Part shown: positions 50,761 through 64,000 of the stretch, one piece after another
Position numbering within the stretch: position 1 is the stretch's first letter
How the letters are laid out: the number at the start of each line of letters is the position of its first letter
Origin: the human T2T-CHM13v2.0 reference genome, Homo sapiens
Assembly (NCBI RefSeq): GCF_009914755.1
Contig: NC_060931.1
Direction: 5' to 3' (one strand)
DNA: 64,000 nucleotides
Notes under the pieces: model-generated
What the model was told of the DNA's origin: nothing
The model's input: only the letters and a program-made list of their open reading frames with translations
The model's database searches: none
Translations under genes and position numbers: made by a program

Positions 50761-51298
50761 GTTTTGGCACTGTGAGCAAGATTACCAAAGCCACTCTGCT
50801 CTTCTGGAAACAGCGGTCAAGGGAACCCAGGACCCGATAAGCCAGTAGAATGGGGTATGAGTTTCTTACTAGCCAGGTTCTGGTCTCTCTGGAAAAGCTG
50901 GCCAAGCAGATATTAAAAAAACAAAAAAAATCACTGTTTGTCCCTTTTTCCTATGCAAAATCTGGGAGAAAAGGATTTGTGTGACTAGTCTTGGGTATCG
51001 CAACTCTGGTGTACTTTTTTTTGGTATAAACTGGGGATCAAATATTGATTTCTTTCCTCCCAGAAATAGTCTTTTCCATCATCTTTGTCTTTCTATGTTG
51101 TTCTGGTAGGACGTGGGCTTAAAACCCCTATAAGCCCCCTCTTTGAGCCAACCATGCCAGCCATGCAGACAGGTCGGTTTTGTGGTTCTGACTAGACCAT
51201 CATCTATGTAGACAAATTTTTCTGTGGGCCCCCAAAATAAAAACCAGATGAAGTTCCTCTCTTGTCTTGTATGTCCTTGGGAGCTTGACTTGTGACTA

Positions 51299-51676
<378 letters not shown>

Positions 51677-52405
51677 TCATCACCACTCTTGTTGCCTGGT
51701 TAGTCCTGGGAAAGTACTATCCTTAGCCGTCTGTGGCAAAAAGAGACTTGCTGTCTTATCTTATTACTGGGAGTAAATTTTTTGGAAGGGATCTTTGGTA
51801 TTGCCTCTGCGATGTCCTGTCCAGGAAACATCTCTTGTTAAAAACTTACTCCAATGCTGGAATATTACCTCCTAGACTTTCTATGAAAAGGCTTATTAGA
51901 TTGAGTTGCTATTGGAATAAGTACACCCTTAGAGCTGGGTGTGGTGGCTCCTGCCTGGAATCTTTCTTAGGAGGTTGAGGTGGGAGGATGCCTTGAGCCC
52001 AGGAGTTTGAGACCAGCCTGAGTAGCATAGTGAGACTCCATCTGTGTGTAAATAAATAAATGAATAAATAAAGTTTAAAAAATTTTTAAAAAGGCCTAAG
52101 TACACCATTGGAAATTCTAATCTAAAAGATGGATCCTATACATTAGAAAGATCCCTAAATTTTAAAAAAGATTAAATGGGATGAAGGGGTGGTTCTGGAT
52201 CTTTGTAAACAGTGGCCCTATTTGTATTTATAGGAAGATTAAATTAAAAGAATGACACGTAATAGTATCATGGCTATTCTTAGAAATTCTCTTGACAAAA
52301 TTAAAGAGCAACAGTCTGATCTAAAACAAATTTAAAATGATTTGTACTCTCAAATTGCCAGTTTTGGATCCTTTGTAGGATTTGCAACAATAACTACTCT
52401 ATCTT

Positions 52406-52465
52406 GTCTAGTTAAAATTCTATACTTTCACCACCGTGGCCTGGGTTTGATTCCCAGTCAGGGAA
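52406..52465 (+). pseudogene. tRNA-Glu(TTC)-derived fragment
   Basis: CTTTCACCACCGTGGCCTGGGTTTGATTCCCAGTCAGGGAA compared with tRNA-Glu CTTTCACCGCCGCGGCCCGGGTTCGATTCCCGGTCAGGGAA; the differences are CpG transitions. Confidence 0.8.
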
Positions 52466-53199
52466 CTAGTCCCTTTTGTTTTGATATTTCTGTGACTTTT
52501 GACTTTTGGGGGTACCCGTTTGTTATTGATCCTTTTACTTTCCATGGACAACTTCTGATTTCTTGTCTTCTTCTGTCTGTAGGGACACACAGGACTTTTA
52601 GGTCTTTGTGTGTAGATGGTCAGCTGAGAATATGGCCAGACAGAAATGTGGGTTGTCAGTTTGCAGCTAGTGAAACTTCCCATTCTTTGAGCTATCTTTG
52701 GGGTGGTTCTGGATCTTGTGAGGATGGCTTTGCATCTCTTTGGAGATGTCTTGTGTATCTTTGGTTAAGTCATAACTTTGGTGGTGAGTCACTTAGGGGG
52801 GTACCTTTGGTAAAAAAGTTCCAAAGCCAGGATTATCAGCTGTTTGTTCTGGCTAAAATCAGATAATTCTGATCATATGAAATTTGAAAGGAATTTTTTT
52901 TTTTAAAATAGAGCTCTGTGGTCAGAAGGCTGCATAATTAAAAGCTGATATTCAAGATATTTATTTATTTATTTACTTATTTATTTATTTTAAAGGCCTT
53001 TCTACTTTTCCTCTTTGGATCTTGTTTCTGGGAATTTTTTTTTTTTCAGTCAACTGAAACAACTTTTGAAAATATATTTGGTCCTCTGTTCACTTCCTTT
53101 CTTGTTGATACGATTTTTACTGAGAAAAATGCAGCATTTTATTGGCCCTTCAGAAAGCTTAAAATTTCCCCAATTGGCTCCTTTAAGAATTGTTCTCCC

Positions 53200-53307
53200 T
53201 GGATGCTACCGGGCAACGAGTAGGAGGGTTGCTGCAGTGAGGCTTGAAGCCCAAGTGGAGCCTTTGCAGGTGCAGATTTTGGTGGTAGTAGCATATATAT
53301 ATATTTA
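53200..53307 (+). pseudogene. 28S rRNA fragment retrocopy
   Basis: ACGAGTAGGAGGG..GCTGC.GTGAG.CTTGAAGCC...GTGGAGCC...GCAGGTGCAGAT.TTGGTGGTAGTAGCA matches the LSU rRNA core; flanked by the 12-bp direct repeat AATTGTTCTCCC. Confidence 0.88.
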
Positions 53308-56300
53308 AATTGTTCTCCCATTTACTTCTGCTCCTCTTTCCTCTTTGTCATCTTCAGTACCACATGAAACGATCTAGAAGGGGCTGGACGCAGTGGCTCA
53401 CACCTGTAATCCCAGCACTTTAGGAGGCCGAGGCGGGCAGATCCCTTGAGCCCAGAAGTTCAAGACCAGCCTGGGTAACATAGTGAAACACTGTCTCTAC
53501 AAAAAATAAAAGAAAGAAAAAAACGATTAGCCGACCATGGTGGCTAGCTGGGCATGGTGGCACATGCCTGTAGTCCCAGCTATGTGGGAGGACGGATTGA
53601 ACCTTGGTAGTCTAGGCTACAGGGAGCTGTGATCATGCCACTGCACTCGAGCCTAGGTGACAGAGTGAGACCCTGTCTCAAAAAAAAAAAAAAAAAAAGG
53701 AGTTGGGGGTGGATCCAGAAGGGAACTTCTAATGATGCTGAGACCCAGTGAGGAACACAGAAAAAGGCACCACTCACCCACTTTTTGGGTCTTCTGTCTG
53801 CTCTTTACAGTCCAAAGAGTCATCAGGCAGGTTCCTTGCAGGTGTAAAGCTCTGCTCTTTTATGAATTGTGTTACCTGATCTCCTTGTCTTTTGAGTGTA
53901 CCAGACATTACTTCGTAATGTGAGGGAGAACTTGACCTTTCTGTATGTGATGGCTGGTAAGTCACTGACAAGAGCTCCAGTTTTGTAGGTGGCTGAGAGT
54001 TGTCGCCATGAATGGTTATTACAGGGGACTACTCATTTCTTTGCTCATCTGGATTAAAAGTCACAATTTGAACATTTGGAGGCCATGGAAACAGTACCAA
54101 TGGATGACTCTAATGGGGAATGGGCTAATTGTAGATTGGGCTGATTGCCATTGGGTGGCCCTTGCAGCAGGATGCGCTGTGGAAGTACTGTGTAACCTGG
54201 TCCCATGGCATTTCCCTGTTTTGGGAAACCTGGTATTCAGTGTAAAAAAATGGGATCCTTGATTTCAAAGAATCTAGATGCTCTACCTTCTGGCTGTGCC
54301 TGTTTTTCACGTATTTGTATATTAGTTCCTAAAAACTGCAAGTGCTTTGTTGACCCTATTTGTTAATGGCTTCACCCTGAGCTCAATGGTCTAGTTATAA
54401 ATTGGAAACTGTTCAGGCATGGTTGGTCACATCTGTAATCCCAGCTCTTTGGGACGCTGAGTTGGGAGGATCACTTGAGGCCAGGAGTTTGAGACCAGCC
54501 TAGGCAACATAATGAGACCCCAACTCTACATAAAATGAAAAATCTTAACCAGGTGGGGTGGTACATACCTGTATTCCCAGGTACTTAGGAGGCTGAGGTG
54601 GGAGGAGCCTTTGAGCCCAGGAGTTTGAGGTTGCAGTGAGCTATGATCATGTCACCAGGGTGACAGAGTGAGACCCCATCTCTCAAAAAAAAAAAAAAAA
54701 AAGAGGGAGAGAGAGAATGAAAATGAAAACTCCACATATCTAAATAGATGGGTCTCCAAATTATGAGTTTCTGGCATTCAGCTGCTTATTTTGAAAAGGT
54801 TTCTGACTTTTCTCTAGGCCCATCTGTGTGCTTCTTTGTAAAATCATGTAATGAGTTCCTATTTTTTATTCACTTGGCATCCATTTTTAATCTTCTCGAT
54901 GAACATACCCAAACTCTGTCTTGACAAACCTTAAATTCTTTCTCTGTAAGTTTGCTACCCTGTTTTTTCTTTTTCTTTCTTTCTTTTTTTTTTAAGTTGA
55001 GTTTTACTCTTTTGCCCAGGCTAGAGTGCAGTAGCATAATCTTGGCTCACTGCAACCTCCACCTCCCGGGTTCAAGCAATTCTTCTGCCTCAGCCTCCTG
55101 AGTAGCTGGGATTACAGGTGCCCACCACAATGCCTAGCTAATTTTTGTATTTTTAGTAGAGACGAGGTTTCACCATGTTGGCCAGGATGGTCTTGTACTC
55201 TTGGACTTGAAGTGATCTGCCTGCCTTGGCCTCTCAGAGTGCTGGGATTACAGGCATGAGCCACTGTTCCTGTCCCCTACCCTGTTTTTTCCAAAACTTG
55301 GCAAGGGCTTCAGCCATGTGGGATAGATACACTTTAGCTTGTTCCATTTACAGAGGCACAATTTAATCCAACTCTCCTTTTAAAGTAGTGAGTTTTTCCA
55401 GTTTCATGGCTAAAATTTAAAATGAAAGCTGTAAGATTCTTGTGTCTGTTTTTTTTTTTGTATACATGTGTATATGTCTCTGAATATTGTCTACATGGTA
55501 CCAAATTGATTTATAAATACTCATAAATTAAGTTAATAAGCCCAAATGCTTTTCATGTTCATGTGACTTTAGTAACCTTTGATAAGTAACACTAATTTAA
55601 AAATTATTGGTAAAATAAAATAGAAATGTCCCAAGAATTCAGACATTTTTGCCTGGGTGTATTGGTCAAGCAGATTTATACTGTCTCTACTACATGTTTT
55701 AAGGTACTTAAACTGTTACTTCTGTGATTTTTTTAATATTTACTTGTCTGTGAGCTTATGTTTTGGTTTTGAGCCTTTAGATTCTGGAGTCTAGACAAGT
55801 GGCCTTTGTAAGGCCTGGGGTCACGTGTGTGTCCCCAGCACCCAGGCCCCATCCTCTCTGGACCCGCTGTGCCTCTTGGCCACGCAGGGAGGGGTCAGAT
55901 TCTCTAGGCAGTCTTCAAAGCTCTGTTCATTGTCCTGGGCTCTTCATCTGGTACATAACAATTATAATTGCTAATTGCCTAGGTTTTCACTGAAAATTAT
56001 GGTTACTAAGAGTTAACATTGTTGGCCGGTCACTGTGGCTCACTCCTGTAATCCCAGCACTTTGCGAGGCCGAGATGGGTGGATCACCTGAGGTCAGGAG
56101 TTCAAGACCAGCCTGACCAACATGGTGAAACCCTGTCTCTACTAAAAATACAAAAATTCGCTGGGCATGGTGGTGCCCGCCTATAATCCCAGCTACCCAG
56201 GAGGCTGAGGCAGGAGAATTGCTTAAACCTGGGAGGCGGAGGTTGCGGTAAGCCAAGATTGCGCCATTGTACCCCAGCCTGAGCGATAGAGCGAGACTCC

Positions 56301-56709
56301 GTCTCAAAAAAAAAAAAGAGTTAACAATGTAATTAATATATGTAATTAAAACTGTTAGATATAAGAGAAACACATTTGCAAAGTGTACAACAAAAGTAGG
56401 ATGTGTTTTTGGAAAGTAAGGTTATAAATAAGGCATGAGAATGGCTTTTGGAAAAGAGAAAAGTTTTAGTTTAGAGGTTATTGAAGTATTGTTTCAAATT
56501 ATTTTAGAATTGTGAAATGTGCTACCCATGGTGGCACCCATTTATAGTCCCAGCTACTAAAGAGAACGAAGCAGGAGGATTGCTTGAGTCCAGGCGTTTG
56601 AGGCTGCAGTGAGCTGTAATTGTGCCACTGCACTCCAGTCTGGGCAACAGAGCAAGATCCAAGCTCTAAAAAATAATAATAATAAAAATTGTGAAATATG
56701 ATATACAAA

Positions 56710-57179
56710 AATGGCACCACTCTGGTTCAGAGCCCTAAAGTGGAGTTGGAAAGCCATACTAAGAAGGACTACCTGCATGACCTGCAACCTTGCAAAAACA
56801 AAAACAAAAACCACAACCACTGAGGAATTTGCCTTGCCTCAAACCTTTGAACAGGGCCAAACTGCCACTTTCCAGGACCATAACATCCTTGGAAAACAAC
56901 TGAATTTGTCCAGCACTGCAACTCCTAAACAGTAACAACCAATGAACTATGGAGTTGTATACTAAGTCAGCCATTTCCATCAATGATAATTCTTTCAAAA
57001 CAACTTGTATAATCACTTTCAGTGTCCTTTAAAAAATTCCTACTTTACTTCAGTACTTTGGAATACAATTTGACTTCTAACCTAATCTGTTTCTCCCAAG
57101 TCTGGAATTCCTAAGATGCCAATAAACGTCTTGTCTTATTGCTTTGCAGTCTGGAATTTTGCTGCTTCTTGGTTGACAG
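56710..57179 (+). mobile_element. ERV1-type LTR
   Basis: AATAAA at 57121 and terminus ...CTTGGTTGACA; family not determined. Confidence 0.55.
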
Positions 57180-57194
57180 AATCCAAGGGTATAT

Positions 57195-57830
57195 TGTCAC
57201 AGGTGAGCAATGACTATCTGGGCCAGTGGTGCAGGAATAAAACAATTTACCAAGACATTTGTAGGTAAAGAAGGCAGATTTATTAAAGAAAGTATGAAAA
57301 TATGTTGCAAGGTTGCAATGGGCAGCCAACAAAAGAGTTGACTGCAAAGAAACAAAGGCTAGCTGGAGACTCTATAGGATAGTTCTTGGGCTGCACAGTG
57401 CTACTTTGAGTATTGATAATGCCAAGGTTGCCATGAGCTAACCTGCAGGTGTTTGGAGATAGTAAGGTGCAGGAGTGCTACGTATCCCAGAACATGAAGA
57501 AAGGCCAACTTATAGCTTCTCTGCTTTCTCTTTTTGCTTTCCCTCAGTCCTGCCAGCCTGACTCCTTTTCCATAATTAGGACTCCACATTTCACCTCTGA
57601 CAGAGCAACAATGACAAATTTTTGGCTTGTGGGTGAAGGTCTTATCTTCCAACTGCTTCCTGTTGGCCAGAGATGTAGAGTTGACCCTACGTAGGATTGT
57701 TAGTCAGGAGGTTACATGGGCCTAAATCCCTGAATTGGAAGTTAAACTGGGCAGGGTTGCTGTGGGACCATTGGGAAACTGCATTTACAGCCTAAAATTT
57801 TGTCTAGCTGCATCCAAATGAGAGTCATGG
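57195..57830 (-). mobile_element. MER83/MER84-like LTR (57195-57588) with adjoining internal fragment
   Basis: Minus strand TGTGGAGTCCTAATTATGGAAAAGGAGTCAGGCTGGCAGG...GTGACA. Confidence 0.65.
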
Positions 57831-57834
57831 AGTT

Positions 57835-58425
57835 TCTTTCTTTCTTTTTTTTTTAACTTTTAAGTTCAGGGGTACATATGCAGGCTTATTACATAGGTAA
57901 ACTTGTGTCATGGGAATTTGTTGTACAGATTATTTATTTTATCACCCAGGTACTAAGCCTAGTACCCATTTGTTATTTTTCCTGATCCTCTCCCTCCTCC
58001 CACCCTCCTCTCTCCAATAGGCCCCAGTGTGTGTTGTTCCCTTCTGTGTGTCCATGTGTTCTCATCATTTAGCTCCCACTTATAAGTGCGAACATGCAAT
58101 ATTTGGTATTCTGTTCCTGCGTTAGTTTGCTAAGGATAATGGCCTCCAGCTGCATCCATATCCCTGCAAAGGACATGGTCTTACTCTTTTTTATGGATGC
58201 ATAGTGTTTCATGGTAGATATGTGCCACATTTTCCTTATCCAGTCTACCATTGATGGGCCTTTAGGTTGATTTCATGTCTTTGCTATTGTGAATAGTGCT
58301 GCAATGAACATACATGTGCATGTGTCTTTATAATAGAATGATTTCTGTTCCTTTGGGTATATACCCAGTAATGGGAATGCTGGGTTGAATCGTTGTTCTG
58401 TCTTTAGGTCTTTGAGGAATCACCA
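57835..58425 (-). mobile_element. L1P 3' end
   Basis: T tail, AAGTTCAGGGGTACATATGCAGG..., ORF2 C-terminal remnant WIRKMWHI. Confidence 0.9.
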
Positions 58426-58428
58426 TGA

Positions 58429-58814
<386 letters not shown>

Positions 58815-59099
58815 ACAAGCCACATTTTATACCTCTGTGTTGCCTTGTCATTGAGATGTATGATGCCCTTGAAAGGGGAGTGTGACCTTGGTGGGGAGGC
58901 ATCCCTCTTCCTCTTCAGGCATGGGCGGGTGATATCTAGAAATGGGAAGTGAGTGCAAACTGTTGGCTGTTGGGAGAGTAAGCATTTGCATACTAAAGTG
59001 GGAGTGGGGTAGGGTTAGATAAGGGTGGGGCGACATAGCATCTACTACTGCTTCAAAGTTGTGTTCCAACTGGACCATTTCTGTATACATGCAATAACT

Positions 59100-60765
<1,666 letters not shown>

Positions 60766-61369
60766 TTGACTCATTTAGTAGTATCTGTAACAATTAAAAT
60801 ACGCAGTTGCCTCATTATGAAACTATTCTATTGAAATACTTGCACATGTACACTGAGATATTTACCCAAGATTTTCTTTTCAGTCTTATTTGTAGGAATG
60901 AGAAATAGGAGACAAATGAATTGTGATAAGTAGATTAACGGTTAAATGAATCATGGCACATTCAAACTGAGGAATTTTGTAGCCACCTGAAGCTTGTAGT
61001 GAGCAGTAAGATTACCAACATAGAGTGAAATGGAGTCACAGAACAGCATTCCTGGTGTTTATCAGTTATGTGAAACTAACAATTCAAAACCTTTCCTGTA
61101 CGTCTGTTTGCTGATGCATTTTGATCAGGATCTGGAGTGCTGTATCAAAGCATCATAAGTAGACTCCTCTTTCACTTTTTATTCTTGAATGGCTCAGAAT
61201 TGTGAATTCTTTATGAGCATGTATTTTACAATTTTAAAAGTTTTTAAATACTAGTGGCAAGATCACAACAGAAAGGAAGAGTTTCAAGACGTGAGTGACA
61301 TGGGATAAAGGAGGAAGCTCCCCAAGGAACAGATGATGGTGACAGCAGTACCAGTAGCAGCAGGAGCAG

Positions 61370-62230
61370 GTAACATTCAGAGTTGAGATGTGCTACACCC
61401 TGCTCTAAATGCTTTACGCATATCAAGTACCCTCATTCTCACGAGGAGTCTAGGAGGTGGATATGATCAGTCAAGGACATGGAGGCACAGAGAGATGGAG
61501 CAACTCCACAGCTAGCAAAGCTGGGACTCAAAGCCAGGCAGTCTGGATGCAGGGCCAGTGCTCCAGCCACTGTCCCCTACTGCTGGCTGATGGTGGGATC
61601 CAGAGCACAGGTGATGGACTGGCCTGAGAGGAGGAGGGAAAGCTCATTAAACCTCTGAATCAGTTTGTTGCTGTATTAACACTTTCCCACAAACATAAAA
61701 GCTCAAAACCGCCATCATTGATTACCTCACGGTGGTGTAGGTCAGAAGCCTGAGCAGGCTCAACTGGGCTCTCGACTTTGCATCTCAGAAGCCCCAACCC
61801 AAGGTGTCAATAGAGGTGGGCTTCCATCTGGAGGCTCTGGGGAAGAATATGCATCCAGAATCATTGAGGGTGGCAGAATTCATTTACTTTCGGCTGTAGG
61901 ACTGAGAGCTCCATTTCCTTGCTGGCTGTTAGTCAGGAACCTTTGATGAGAGTCTGCTGCATCCCTCACCATGTGGGCCCATTCAACTTTAAGGCCAGTG
62001 ATGATGTGTGGAATCTTTCACAGGCTTGGACTCTCTTACTTTGATTATTAGCCATAGACCACTCTGGAGTTCCATACGGCTCTCATGATTTGGTTAGGAA
62101 CACCCAGATGGTCTCCCTCTCCTTGTGCTTGTAACATAATCCAGTCACAGGAGTAAAATGCATCCTATTAACAGTACTGAAGATTAGGGGGAGAGATCAT
62201 GGGTCATTTTAGAATTTTGCCTAACTTGCA
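61370..62230. mobile_element. MIR (~61370-61570) and MLT1E/F-like LTR (~61660-62230, minus)
   Basis: MIR-like GAGGCACAGAGAG...GGGACTCAAAGCCAGGCAGTCTG; MLT-like GGAGGCTCTGGGGAAGAAT...GGCAGAATTCA. Confidence 0.65.
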
Positions 62231-62729
62231 CACCATGATGGTGAGATGGTAGGATGCATTAGTAAGGGGAGGTCTGAGGGCTGATATTGTCTTCCTGGAT
62301 AGGAGTAGAAAATGCAGAACCTGAAGGAAATGCCTGAGAATGAAGGTTTAAATAGATGACTAACAAGCTTTTGGTTTGCTAGTCAGCATGCTGGGGTCAG
62401 TTCTTAAATTTGAGTTTGGAGATAATGAATTTGTGGGGACATCAATCCACATGGGCATGTGTTTTCCCCGTGTAGTCTGTATATACAAGCAGAAGTGAAA
62501 GATTTTAATTGAAGTTTCTTTTGGGAAAGCTGGACAAAAGGATGACAGGTCAGAGGAGATGACAGGCTGAAGTGATGTTCCCCAGAATCTAGGCCAGAAA
62601 CAGACAAGACAGAGAAAACCAGTGAGAGAGAAGGGATAGCAATTTACTTGCAAGGGCTGCAGGGGTGGACGGCTGGATTCCAGTTAAAGCAGGAAGTGGA
62701 AGAACGCTTCAGTAAGAGGGTAGAGATCT

Positions 62730-62885
62730 AGAGCACAGGTTCTCCAAGTGGGGTTCCTGAACCAACAGTGTCCACATCACTTGTTAGCAAGGCAGATTCC
62801 CAGGTTCACCCCAGACCTAGGAAATGGAAAATTCTGGTAGTTTTTGAATGGAGCACAGGAATCTGCATCTTTAGTTGATTTGGAT
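62730..62885. mobile_element. MER5A-like DNA transposon
   Basis: GGTTCTCCAAGTGGG...GCAGATTCCCAGG...CCCCAGACCTA...CAGGAATCTGCAT. Confidence 0.7.
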
Positions 62886-63772
62886 GCCTCGAAGGCTTGA
62901 GAATTATTGATGCAGCATTTCTCGTGTTGTGTAAGAATGCTTTTTATCATGAATGGGATTGCGGAGGGACAGTAGCCAATTCCTGGAAGAAGAGGACCAG
63001 CTCTACCTGGGTGGGAAATGCTGAGCATATGGCAGAGGACAGATGGCCTGTGTTCTGCATGACAAGGGTAAGTGTAAGGCAAGGCTGAATCACTGGACTT
63101 ACAGTTTTCAGAAATAGTAAGTCCTGGCCATCCCATTCTTGATTGTGTTCGTGAGGTTGTATTCCACGGCCAAGAATAGTAGCATTGACTGATGAGAGTT
63201 GGAGAAGGGTCAGTCTGGGCCTGGCTTGGCTGTTCCTTAAAAAGGAGGGAATCCAAACCCCAGGAAAAGTGGCAGAAAATGGGAGTGAGTTTCTGGGACC
63301 CTGACTGAGTGCCTAAAGCAGCAAGAGACCAGTGTTGGCCACAGAGGGACACGCTTGCCTATGAGCAAGATCCAGCTTCACTTTGGCTCAGCAAACGATG
63401 GACTTCCTCTCCTCTAGCTGCAGGAACACCTTGGCCTCCTGAGATGCCTCTACTGTGGCCTAGTCTCAGCTACAGGAGCATGTGTGGGCTGTGGTCAGGC
63501 AACAGGAAGAGGAAGAAAGGGAGAGAGAGATTTTGGGATGTGGGTACCTGACCCAGTATGGAAATCCCTGTATATTCTTAAACTTTTTCTGAGTCACTCT
63601 GTGAAAATTGTGGGACTTTGGCAGTAGAAAGCAAGAGAATTAGAATGCAGCCATACAAGGTTTTTCATTGTTTTAAGAACTCCCTAGCCCCCAAATCAAC
63701 AAATCATGTCGGGTAAATATAAATGCACACTGCTGATATGGCAGTAAAGCCAAATGTACTTGATATATAAAA

Positions 63773-64000
63773 ACAGTGGGCCCACCCTATCAGCAGGTTC
63801 TACATTCGTGAATTCATCAAACTACAGATAGAAAATATTCAAAAAAAAAATGGATGGTTCTGTCTCTATGGAACATGTGCAGACTCTCTTTCTTGCCCTT
63901 ATTCCCTAAACAATACATTATAACAACTATTTACATTGTATTAGGTGTTAGAAGTGATCTACAGATGAATTAAAGTATATGGGAAGATGTGTGTAGGGAA
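63773..64000. mobile_element. MER2-like (Tigger family) DNA transposon, truncated by the window edge
   Basis: TTATTCCCTAAACAATACA.TATAACAACTATTTACATTGTATTAGG signature. Confidence 0.75.

Noticed and set aside
52406-52465. Functional tRNA gene
   Set aside because: 5' acceptor strand and D-arm are decayed, the B-box is mutated and no cloverleaf can form.
52342-52866. 174-aa ORF
   Set aside because: Non-ATG start, lies in ERV internal DNA across the tRNA fragment, no retroviral or cellular motif.
62777-63352. 191-aa ORF, the longest in the window
   Set aside because: Non-ATG start, overlaps a MER5A-like element, no recognisable homology or exon structure.

Overview
Human/primate genomic DNA, very rich in Alu, L1 and ERV sequence. 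The left half (1-32,400) is the 5' part of NT5C3A (cytosolic pyrimidine 5'-nucleotidase 3A) on the minus strand. It contains the CpG-island first exon encoding a hydrophobic N-terminus, a probable internal TATA promoter/first exon near 10.5 kb, and the 55-nt alternative exon encoding MTNQESAVHVKM. The introns hold an RPS29 processed pseudogene, a 7SL pseudogene and several IRF/ISRE-like motifs. The right half is intergenic and mostly retroelements: a nested L1/THE1/Alu/LTR7 cluster, a decayed class-I ERV with gag, pro, pol and env remnants on the minus strand, and MER4-group LTR/internal elements with a tRNA-Ser primer-binding site and embedded tRNA-Glu and 28S rRNA fragments. I found no wholly new multi-gene system. 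The best leads are a splice switch that turns the membrane-anchor exon into a 54-aa uORF, a co-oriented LTR7 upstream of the gene, and two locally templated insertions. Repeat subfamily names are from recalled consensus sequences and need RepeatMasker/Dfam confirmation; many boundaries are approximate.
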